From: Mesotaenium endlicherianum
Lineage: Eukaryota
NCBI GenBank assembly: GCA_009602735.1
Contig: WELA01000374.1
Coordinates: 222,221-272,173 of the forward strand
Length of the DNA stretch: 49,953 nucleotides
Reading direction: 5' to 3'
This document shows, piece after piece, positions 12,781-23,540 of the stretch; the stretch's first letter is position 1; each line of letters opens with the position of its first letter. A program made the position numbers and the translations under genes. Under the pieces are notes generated by a model. That model had not been told where the DNA came from, did no database searches, and worked only from the letters and a program-made list of their open reading frames with translations.

Positions 12781-15700
12781 CGCACACACGCACACACACA
12801 CAAACGCAGGCACACCCTCATTGACCCGCGCAAACATCAAGACAGGAGATTGACTTGTGCATTTTTTTTTTATTTTTTTTTTATTTTTTTTTTGACTCTT
12901 TGTTCTTCGTTCACGTGAACTGCTTTACTTGTGGCGCAGAGGCTGCTGCCGCGGGGCAGGGTGCGGGGGGGAGGGCAGAGCCAGGGCGGGCGTCGCCTGG
13001 ACAGCTGGCGCTGCCTCTACCTGACAGATATGCCTCCTTACCAGGGCAAGGGCTGGCTCCGCCGCGGCAGCCGGCCGCATTCTTTGGGGAGGTGCCACCT
13101 GGCGGCGCCAGCCGCCAGGCACACTCTGAGCTGGTGGCCGAGGTGGCAGCACGCGTGCCAGGCGGCAGCGGTGGGGGCTGCGGCGGTGGCGGCGGCAGCA
13201 GAGGTGCCGAGGGATTTGGCGCGGGCGCGGGCGCGGGCCGGGGGGGGGAGGAGAATGCGCANNNNNNNNNNNNNNNNNNNNNNNNNNNNNNNNNNNNNNN
13301 NNNNNNNNNNNNNNNNNNNNNNNNNNNNNNNNNNNNNNNNNNNNNNNNNNNNNNNNNNNNNNNNNNNNNNNNNNNNNNNNNNCCCCCTCTCTCTGCCCCC
13401 CGACCCCAAAGTCCACCCGTCTCAGACCTCTCCGCCCTTCTTTCATACTCTTCTCTCCCCTCTTTTCCTCCCCGGAGCAAACAACTCTCCTCTGCACCCC
13501 CTCTTACGTCCCCCTGCTTTCTATGTTGTCATTCACGTATACACGCTCGTGCACGTCACGAGCGTGCCCACGTCGGCATTAGACGCTCTCAGCAGCCTGC
13601 CAGCACGCGTGTGTTGATGCGCTGCGTTTGAGCTCGTGACACGTGTGAGCGAGGCAGCCGGCCAGGGGGAGTGCGGGGGAGCTTGCTGTGCTGGCAGCTC
13701 GCGGGAGCTGCTCCAGGGGGAGCTGGCCGGCTCTGGGTGGCGTCATGTGGCGGCGCGTGCCCTGGCCTCTCGCATGCGCGCGGCTGACGGGCGGGGGTGG
13801 GCGCACATGCGGGTGGGCGTGCAGGCGCAGGAGGGCGAGGAGCAGGCATTGCGCGATCTGAGGGAGCGTTGGCAGAGGCAGGAGGGGTCATCGGCTTCTG
13901 CCCTGGCAGCCCTCGAACACCTGGTCGCGGCGGGCGGCAGCCGAGGCGGAGCTGCCGCCAGGACCGAAGAGGGGTCTGTGGCTGCCACCAGGTCAGGGGC
14001 GGCGGCGCTGACTGGGCACGGCGGCGCTGGCGGCGGCGAAGGCGTTTTCGAGGGTGGGGATCGCTTGGCGCAATCTGCCCCTGTCCTTGACACGGCGGGC
14101 GGCGGGGCGCGCGCGCGCGCCTCTCCCCGGGTGGCCATGTCGCTCTCGCACGATCTGCAGAGAGCATTTGAGCGCGAGTGGGCGCCAGATGGCAGGCCCC
14201 TGACCGTCCGGCAGCAGCAGCAGCAGGAGAGCTCCGGCAGCCTCGGGCTGCCCCCACTTGGCGAGCATCAAGCCACCGCTTCTGCCTGCAGGCCCAGCAG
14301 GTCTGGCACCCAGCCCTTCTCCTCAGCGCGGCCTCACGGCCTGCCATCTGTCCCCGCGTTTTCTGCGCCGAAGCTGCCGGACTATGCAGTGCTGCCAGAT
14401 GGCGAGGCCACAGTGCAGGGCCCTAGAAGGAGCGTCGCCGCTGCAGGGCCCTCCTTGCAGCCGCTCTCTGACGCGCTGCCAGGTGGCGAGCATCGCGCAG
14501 ACGGCAGCGGGGCGCGGCTGCCGGCCGGCGGTGTGGCTGGGGCCTGGCCCACCGGAGCTGACGTTGCGCCAGGTGGCAGCCCCAGGGCGCGGCAGGTGGC
14601 TAACCGCACGAACGCAAGCAATCAGAGCGTGTCTCTCGGCATCGCCAGCTACCTGAACAATCTTGTTGAGATTGCGCGCCAACAGTCCGCGGGCAGGGGG
14701 GCCGAGGCGGAGGGGGGTCAAGGGCCTGGTCAACCGGTGGCTGACCACAGTCAACAGCGGGTGGACCTCACCCAGGGGCCCTGCAGCACCTTGAGCGGGG
14801 GAGCGCTGGGCTACGAGGAGATGACACGTGGCGCGATGGCGCAGCCCGCCCGCCCTGGCAGAAGCGCCCCGCTACCAGGGGAGGGAGCCGACTCGCTGTA
14901 CAGGTGGGCCACCTGTTGCCACCTGGCGCTTGCAGCTGTCCCTCTCGGTGGTTCTGCCGTCTCTGCTTGTCCTCTCCCCACCCCCCCCCTTTGAAAATTG
15001 GCGCCCTCAGTTGTTCACCCATGCATGCGCATACTGCTGATCCACGAGCAAAAAGTCTTCAGTGCTTGTCAATGGCAGTCAACGCGCAGTCAGGTCAACG
15101 AGAGTGAGCACTTGTGAATCTCCTAGCGCGTGCCTGTGTTGAATGTGGCTGGAGATTATTTTTATAGGTATGTCTGCATGTGTGACACATCCTAACCTAC
15201 ACAATGCGGCCACCTGGCACGCTGTGGGTGCTGGCGGTGCAGGGCCTTGAAAGGAGGAGAGGGCGCCAGCTGGAGCGCGCCTAGTCAGCAAATGACAATC
15301 TTCTATCGGCACGAGATTCACGTGTTTGACAGCGTGCCAATGGACGCGGTGGGCTTCTCTCGCACCGTGTATTTCCGGAAAGAATACTAGAAGATTAGAA
15401 GGACGAAATGATGTCAACAAGATGTGATATAAAAACAAAGGGGCTGCAAGCACAAGCCCGCGAGCCAACAAGCCCGCAACCCTCTGTCTCTCTCTCTCTT
15501 TGCGCGCGTGCCTCACAGCGTGCCAAACGCGCGCGCTGGGCAAGGTGGGGGAAGGAGTAGGCGGCGCGCAAGCCGGCCCCCTTCGCCGCGAGCTCTCGCC
15601 TCTCTCGCCTCTCTTGCTTCTCGCACCACGTGGCACGTGAGACAACTTGAGAGAGAGGAAGTAGCGATAGGGACGGCGGGTGTGAGCTTGTTCCACAACG

Positions 15701-17739
15701 TCTTGCGCGTCAGGCTGCCTGCCGCGCTGGACTGAGTGGGAGGTGTGGAGCGAGCGAGCGAGCCAGCCAGCGAGGGAGCGAGGGAGCGGGCAATGGAGCA
15801 GGCGAGGGAGGGGGTGAAAGACGGATCAGACAAGCGAGCGGGTGAGAGAGCGAGCGGGCGAGAGAGGGAGCGGGCGAGGGAGAGAGCGAGTGAGAGAGCA
15901 GGGGGCCTGGGAGGGAGCGAGGGAGGGAGGCCTGCTCCTTCTGGGGCTCTCCCTCCGCTGCGGCTGTGCAGAAGGGGATGCAAGTGTGCCTGGCTGACCA
16001 ACCGCAAGACTGCCTGCCTGCCTGCCTGTCTGACGAGCTTGCTGGGGGAGACATACCGGCTGACCCTCTGACTGCCTGGCTGCCTGTCCGGCTGACTGCT
16101 CGACTGAACTTTAAACGCTAAATTCAAACCCTGAACCCCAACGCGATTTCGATCGATCTTGGGCGTTGAACTTGCGATCGTTGACCCTCCTGCGTCGACC
16201 ATTGCAGATGCGAGCCCCTCTCACCCTCTCACCCTCACACTCTCTCACCCTCTCACCCTCTCATCCTCTCACCCCCTCACCCGGGCCGCGGCGTCCCATG
16301 TCGTGCGCAATCCCTTGGCCCCTCCGACGCGCGCGCTGCTGTGCGCCTTCGACACACAAAAACTTCCCTTCTTCCTCGTTTCCCACACTCATTTTTGGCA
16401 CTCGGTCGATCCCCTCGAGCACCTGCAGGTGTGCAGCCCTCGAGCATATGCTGCCCTCCGACTGCGCATTGCGCTCTTCTTCTTCCGTTTCTCAAACTTT
16501 GCCGTTTCCTTTCTCTGCAGGCCAAGGCCATCGTGCAGCTGGCGGGCGGCCACGGTCGCACGTGGTCGACACTTGTCGAGCCCCTGCCGCAGGAGGGCAT
16601 GGGCCGCAGCGGCTTCGCGCCACCTGGCAGGCGTGCAGGTGGGCACATCGTCCGCCACCTGTCCCCGTCCTGGTCCCCCCTGACAGCACACACAAACTGC
16701 ACCCTTTGTCTCGTTGTCCTACCACCCTCGCGCGCGTGTGTGTGGGGGGGGTAAGCGCATGGCGCTTTCATGCAGCCTATCTGACATAAGTATACGAATT
16801 TCCATGGTACATGCCCTCAAGTTCCATGGTACATACCCCCTTACTCGCGCGCACACGGGGTGTGCGGGCGGCGCCGCTGGGCGCTGCCACCTGGCGTTTG
16901 TAGAGGGCCCCCTTGTGACGCATCTCTGTCCACACCTGCGAAATGTTTCTCTTCGCAGAGCACTGGCAGTGGCGTCGCTTGCATCACGCAGTCCTGTCGA
17001 CCAATTCTGCGTCTTGTGTGTGCCTCTTGGAAGTTGGAATGCGTCGTTCCCAAGCGCGGAGGCGGTGCCGGGGGGTTGCTTCAGCACAGGCGGGGACTCG
17101 AGGGGTGTGCGTGGGGGGCCTTGGTGTTCGCACGCTCGCGCAAAGAATGGCCCGCTCCCTATCGTGTATGCTTGCGACGTGTGCTTGCATCGTTGCGTGC
17201 GGAGAGTCTCAGAAGTGGCGGCAGGGGAGGGGACAGGGATCCAGCACTCGTCGAGGCTCAGCAATGGTCGAGCTGATGCATGACAGCATGACAGCACGAC
17301 AGCATGACTGCACGACAGCATGACAGCATGGCAGCATGGCAGCATGGCAGCATGACAGCATGACAGCATGGCAGCATGGCAGCATGACAGCATGACAGCA
17401 TGACAGCATGACAGCATGACAGCATGGCAGCATGACAGTATGGCAGCATGGCAGCATGACAGCATGGCAGCATGGCAGCATGGCAGCACGACAGCACGAC
17501 AGCATGACAGGATGACAGGATGACAGGATGTTATACGAAGCAGTGTGTGGGGACAGGAAGCAAGGGGAGGGAGGAGGAAGGTGGAGTAAGAAGGTGCAAG
17601 GAAGAGGAGGCTTTCTTAGGGAGCCGGGAAATTGAGAGAGACAGGAGGAGGTGGCTAACTATCTGTCTCGCTCGCTCGCTTTCCAGGTGGCGCTGACGTG
17701 GTGCCAGGTGGACCCCCTCTGCAGCCTGACCAGCTATGA
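11193..17739 (+). CDS. TIFY/ZIM-domain protein (TIFY8-type ZIM domain, PPD-like N-terminal half motif, long Gly/Ala/Pro-rich regions)
   Basis: Exons 11193-12654 (ATG..DCMHYLRQQG, phase 1), 12940 to at least 13261 (runs into gap), 13825-14903 (phase 2), 15243-15348 (QQMTIFYRHEIHVFDSVPMDA), 16521-16638 (AKAIVQLAGGHGRTWSTLVEP..), 17687-17739 (GGADVVPGGPPLQPDQL*). All visible junctions are phase-consistent GT-AG. The spliced QMTIFY..VFD.VP..AKAIVQLAG is a ZIM domain. The start codon and last exon are less certain. Confidence 0.88.
17278..17530. repeat. 8-bp minisatellite (TG[A/G]CAGCA)n, about 31 units
   Basis: tgacagca/tggcagca/cgacagca units in tandem, ending in tgacagga variants. Explains the repetitive CCHAAML ORFs in the track. 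Confidence 0.95.
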
Positions 17740-18826
17740 TGAGCCAGGTATGCTGACGTGGCAATGCCCAGCAAGTTTACTCGAGTTCTACTTGCTGTTA
17801 GGTTGCTCGCTTGTGCTTTACTTTGTTCCTCCCCCTCTTCCCCCCCCTCCCCCCNAAACACATGACACATGTGCGCGCACATACATGGCAGCAATCCTCA
17901 CCTGCAACACTTGCAGACTATGCTTGCTCCCCATGGGTTGCGACCCAGTGGCCCTGCGCTAGCCTGACCTTAAAGATGTGTGGCCCTTCCTGGGGGGGTG
18001 CAGGTGAAGTTTCGCAGCTGGTGCGGAGCGCAAGGACCGGACATGCTGTCGCACTGTGCCTCTGCCATGCGCACAAAAAGCTCGCTCACCATGAGCAAGC
18101 ATGACCCACACGACCCACTCGTAGCCGGAGCCCCGCATCAAGCGTCATCCACCCCCTGGTCGCCATTACCCCACACCCCTCCTCACGAGGCTGTCGGGCT
18201 TGCTCGATTGGTGCGGTCGGGGGGGGGGGGGGATCGGCACCTGGAAGGCTGACACCGCGCCAGGTGTTGTGTCAGCGCTGCTAGGGTTCATCTGTGGGCT
18301 TCCCCTGGCCCCCGCTCCAGAACATTCTACAGCTGGGAAGAAGGGCTGACGATGGATTGGCCATGGTGGATGATGCATCTGTGCATGCATGCATCCGGGC
18401 TGGTGACGGCTGCGGTGCATTCATGCATGCATGCATGCAGGAATAGGTGCAACCATGCTGGTGCGGCTGCCCCGGGGGGGGGGAAAGGGTTTAGGCTCTT
18501 GACTCAGAAGCAACCTTCCAACACGCCTGCGTCCTCAGGTGGGTGATGCACTGCGGTTGACCGATCGTTGACCGCAGGCTGTTAGCTTGACCCGTGGTTG
18601 ACTAACCGTTGTTGGCACTCGTGGTGGATCAACAGCTGTTTGGAAGCTTCGTTGCCCGGGCTGTTGCAAGCTGTTGAGCTTGAGTTGCGTGATGCTATCC
18701 TCCGTACAATTTTGTGTGACTCTCTCTGTCGTGCGCGCGTGCTCCGTGTGCATCGGAAGTTGACAAAGCGTAAGCTTGTTCAGTGCAAGTGATGTAAACT
18801 TATGTATTTATATACATGTATGTATA

Positions 18827-18860
<34 letters not shown>

Positions 18861-20949
18861 ACAACAAGATTGTGCCAATAAGAAGAGGGCAAATGATGTG
18901 CGATATTGAGAGGCCCCCAGCCTAAGCACGGCCCCCCGGGGGGTTCGTTTCCCCTCTCGGTTTCCTCCTCGCTCGAAGACTGTTGTGTGTGCCATGTCTG
19001 CAAGTTTGTGGAGAAGGAGGTGCTATACTTGTAATTGAAATGCTCGACACTGGTGGTGCACGTGGCGTGCTGCTTGACTGACACCTAAGTATGTTCAGAT
19101 TGTGTTAGTTTGTCTCTCTCTCGTCAGTTTTCGTCTCGTGAATGTGTATGGCCCGTCCCCAACTTGCAGTATTGCTTGGGTCTTCCTTGTCAATCGAACG
19201 AACGCTGTCCTTTTCTACTGTGTCGTTGGTGTTTGTTCTTGTTCCCTGACGTGTTTGTTATGACTTTGGTTTCTGCTTTGCAGGGGTTTTGAGTCCTCCA
19301 TCTTCGCCAATCAGTGGGCTTGTGCTCGTATTATTCAGTTTATTTAAGTAAGCTTTGCAGTAGCCTAGGGTTTTGTAAAATAGTACGTGAGTGTTAGAAG
19401 AGGTACGAGCACTTAGCTTTTAGGGCACCTCTTGGTCGAGGCACTACTCTTCTTCGCAAGCTTGCCAGTCTGCAAGAAGTCCTATCCACGCCTTACCTAA
19501 AACCTGAGTATGTAAATTGCAAAGAGCTCACAATTGAATGATTAACTTCCTCTTTTACCGCTGCAAGGATATGCCTCATCATGTCACAACACATCAGACT
19601 CTGCCAAAACTCATTACTAAAAACACATCCGCGGGCTGGTAATTGTCGCAAACATCCCCCAAAATAAGATCAATTATTCACCGAAGATACCAGTCAAGCG
19701 AAACAATGCGCACAACAATGTGAGAAGTCCGGGCTAAAAATGCGATTTTTCTCGGCGCAACTGCAAAAGCATTGATTGTTTCTTGCAAGTCTACCCCTGA
19801 AGGCCTTAACATACTCATATGAACGCATGAAAACATCTTACAGTTGCTGGACGGCATTGAGAGGTCAGAGTAGGCTCTTTGAATAAGCATCGGATTCAAT
19901 CTCCAGCTTCAGAGTTGTAGTATCTCTTACTTACTCATATAAGACATGCTCCATTCACATGATACTCTGGCTCAGTTGCGCACTTGGATGGGTGCAAGTT
20001 TTAAAATTACTCAGCATACATGGAAATTGTTACGGTCAGCCATTGTCGAGATTGTAAACGACGTCGACGTTCCACATTGTTCCACATATAGAACGTCCCG
20101 AAATCGCTACTGCTCCCCCCCTAGAAGTTAGAACTCAAATTCACGTCGCGGTAATCACTCATCATAACAGATTGGTCACGCGCTGCACGCGGACGCGCAA
20201 TTTAGACACCTCCAAGAAGCGACTCGCGAGGGTACACTGCTACAGGTCCCGCACTCGCACTTGAGGAGCACAGCGCCTGCAGCTATCATGACCCCATCTT
20301 GGGATCTGATTGCATCAATTTGTTGTACCCTCAGGATGCGTGAAGCTTGGACATTTCCGCAATTGCAATTTGGGGCGGGCCGTTAGACCAGGAATCTATT
20401 TTCCACCTGATGCCAGCTTGAAGCTAACCTGAAACTTCACGAAGTCCTAAGAAGCTGAGCAGTGTGGAGCAGTGAGCAGTCATCGCCAAGTGACAACTTT
20501 TGTACAAGCCTGTGCTGAGCCCTGCTGACAAGAGGACCGCTCTGCTACACCCAGCTAAAAATGTAACAGTTGATAACACCAGCCTACACCTTTTTTTTTG
20601 GGGGAGGTTAGCTCAACGTGGTTCATCTGGCCCAATCTGGTCCTTTCGTCCGCGGTTGCGTTGGTGGCATTCAGTTGGCGTCGCTTTGTGTCCTTGAACA
20701 GACTAAGACAGCGAGAGACACGTGAAATCTTTGAGTCAAAGTTGGTGACAAGTAGTCGAATGGTTCTATGGAGAATTGTGAGAAAAGGCCCTTTCCATAA
20801 TGAAGAAGACCTAGTACTAAACTTTCAAAGTGAACGAAACTAAGACTCGCACATGTTATTCTACTCATTTTCAGAACCAGCTGGAAAATATGGCGTGAAA
20901 GTGCATTTCATGAATCAACCTTAAAAGCCTTTCTATTCCCTCTCCGCTA

Positions 20950-22200
20950 ACACTAAAAATGAAAAGGTGTGCGCGACAAATAATCATGAAAAGTTTGCAG
21001 ATAGATGTAAGAACACATTATCCACCCTCGCCCTTTTTTCTCTCCTATGAGTTGTTTTTTTCAAAATCACAAATTTGGAAGCAAATTGTTGATCGTAAGC
21101 TCACAAATGCAGTGATGAAATCAGTCAAACTCCATTTTACCCTTTGTACATCTTCAAGTCCCATTCGACTATGACAATGACAAGAAGGGTCATTGTAAGC
21201 ATGAACAGAAAAAAGTAAAGTGAAGGGATATTGTACAGATCAATGAATGGGAAAAATTTTATCTTACAAACTTTTGTAAGTTGTCGTCAAACTCTGCACA
21301 CCTTCAAGAATATTACGCAAAGATAGAAAATGGACTGGTCACATACAAAATGTTCGCACGCCATATTTGCCAGCTGATTCTAATGCTGAGTAGGACCACA
21401 TATGCAAGTCCTAGTTTCAAATACTTTGAAAGTCAAGAACAAAGTTTTCTTCAATAATGAAAGTTTAGGCTTGTTCTCACAATTTTCCCATTGTTATATG
21501 CCTATCGCCTCAGCCATGGGTTCATGTGGATACCCTCAACATCTCGCAACGTAAGATAAATTGGTGCAAACTGGTGCAAAGGGAAGGGTTCAAACTCCAA
21601 AACTTTGAGCTTTAGTATATGCGGCCCTTATTTGTGGTCGTCAGGATGGCCCCACTCATCTAAAGTCTGTGAAAGCAAACTCAATAAGGGCTTTGAGCAT
21701 GCGCGTTAGACTATGTGGTTGGATGACAATCCAATACGTCACATTGTTCAACCCCAATTATCCCATTGCCAATTTCGTTGACTGACTTTGGCCATTTTAG
21801 CATTTGCACCTTCACAGGATGTCAAAATTAAAAGAGAAGATATTTCTAAGTTAGATAACCCTTGAAAAAATTCCACAAAATAGTACATAAATCCATCTGC
21901 ATTTTGAGATCATGATGTGCATAATACCAATCTATTCTCAGAGTCTTGGAGATTTTTTGAAAGTAAAATTTTGAACAATATATTCTCTTTTCTCTCTGAA
22001 GCCACCATACGAAAAATTTGACAGGTCATTGAATTTAAAAATAAAATGTATTCATTGCTTTGGTGATTGATTTTGTGCATGTTGTTCAGGGATTTAAACA
22101 AATTGGCTCTCAGTATAATGTCAAAGAATAGTCGATAAAGGCAATATCTTACAGTATGGTGAAATGCTTTCATATTGTACCTTTGTGTATGTAGTAAAAC
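20950..22200 (-). mobile_element. Highly degenerate Ty3/gypsy pol relic (RT-RNaseH, possible integrase zinc finger)
   Basis: Minus-strand fragments in order: FDIILRANLFKSLNNMHKI, ILFKILLSKNLQDSENRLVL (cf. YxDDILIFSKxxEEHxxHLRLVL), HDLKMQMDLC (cf. xLKxxxxKC), HPVKVQMLKWPKSVNEI (cf. DPxKVxAIxxWPxPxSVxEI), KPLLSLL..EWG..ILKLKV, LGLAYVV..W, then an H..H..W..FV..C-like stretch. Interrupted by stops and frameshifts. Confidence 0.55.
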
Positions 22201-23540
22201 AGATAGATAAAGTACATAGTAATATAGAATACTTTATCTATTCAAGGCAAGGATCTTTGAACATAAGTGGTAGCTTCTTGAAAAGGAGAGCTTCTTGGCT
22301 TCTTTCACTGCAGTGTACCTCAATGCAGGAGAAAAAGAAGGGGTTGTCAAGTAGACGAGTCCTTAAACTTCATAGATACTGGTGTCCGTCTAGAAAAGAA
22401 TAGATGACAACGTTATTGGCACGTACATCCTCCACCACAGAAATATGATATGCTTCTTCTTGAATGGTCTTTGATTGAGTAATACATACCACGTGTAAAA
22501 CATGAGCTCACATCATTGCACGTACATAGTTGTCCTGTAACTTCAACAGCTTATATTATTGTTTCTTCAAACATATGTTCTTGTATTTTAGTATTGATAC
22601 TTAACGGAAAATCTTAGAGAATAGCTAGAATATCCAATCTAGCTTCTTAAGAAACATATATTACTGTCTGCTGTCTTTTGAGGCGTAGATGGCAGTTTTT
22701 ATCTTGATAGAGTGCAAGTTATTATGTTCTGTTCTCGCCTTCAATTTTTGTAAACAAGCATATTGGAAATCGAAATGCCACCTTCTCGCCTGTGACCTCA
22801 TGTGCAACCATGTTCACTTCAAGACAAGAACAAGCACTATTGATTTTGAATATCCTTACTCACCGGCCAAAGATAGACCAAAATAATATTTGAGTTGCCC
22901 ATTTGGCCACTTTTGAGACATGCATGCAATTGAGGAAGTATTTATTTTCATAAATATTAATCTTGATTGCCAAGTTTTGAAGATTGTGTACAAGATAGAT
23001 TCCGCACCAATTAAAGCACCACAAACTTAGTGCTAGCTACTTTCTCACCTCTTGTGCATTCAACAGCTGAGCACAAGCTTCCATCGCGGCCCGTGGGGTT
23101 GACAAGGGCAAACAAATGCACAAGGCACAACTAAGTACCAAAAGTTCCATTGCATGCATAGCACGAGCCAATAATAATTTCCACACGCTGCGAGTGCAGA
23201 CAGGCCATCCACCACTCCAACACTACATCCAACTCATAGTCGACTGGCCAATTCCTCCTTCCGCGGCCCGCCCTACTATTTGCCCCCTTGAGATGCCTGT
23301 CTTATCTTTACTTTTGCTAAAATATCCCTTCCATGAGCTCAATTTTCCCATCTTGCCTGTTCTTACCCTTCTCCTTGTCACCCACCCGGAGATGCACATT
23401 GCTCGCCAGACACCTATTAACAGAAGAAAAATAAAATCTAAAAAGTATACAACTGTACGTATACAGTGAGCCTGAGGACACGCACACCCGCGCCCGCGCG
23501 ACAGTGATGTGCGTCGGTGCCGGCCAACCAGTGCCGACTT

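Noticed and set aside
16719..17505. Cys/His-rich repetitive ORFs (CCHAAML..)
   Set aside because: Translation of an 8-bp intronic minisatellite; not a metallothionein. Also not a CRISPR array, as there are no unique spacers.
14600..17739. Jas/CCT motif that would make the TIFY gene a JAZ or canonical PPD
   Set aside because: No SLxRFLxKRKxR-like sequence was found in the exons examined.
18925..18965. T-loop-like hairpin (ggggttcgtttcccc)
   Set aside because: No cloverleaf or A-box; not callable as a tRNA or SINE.
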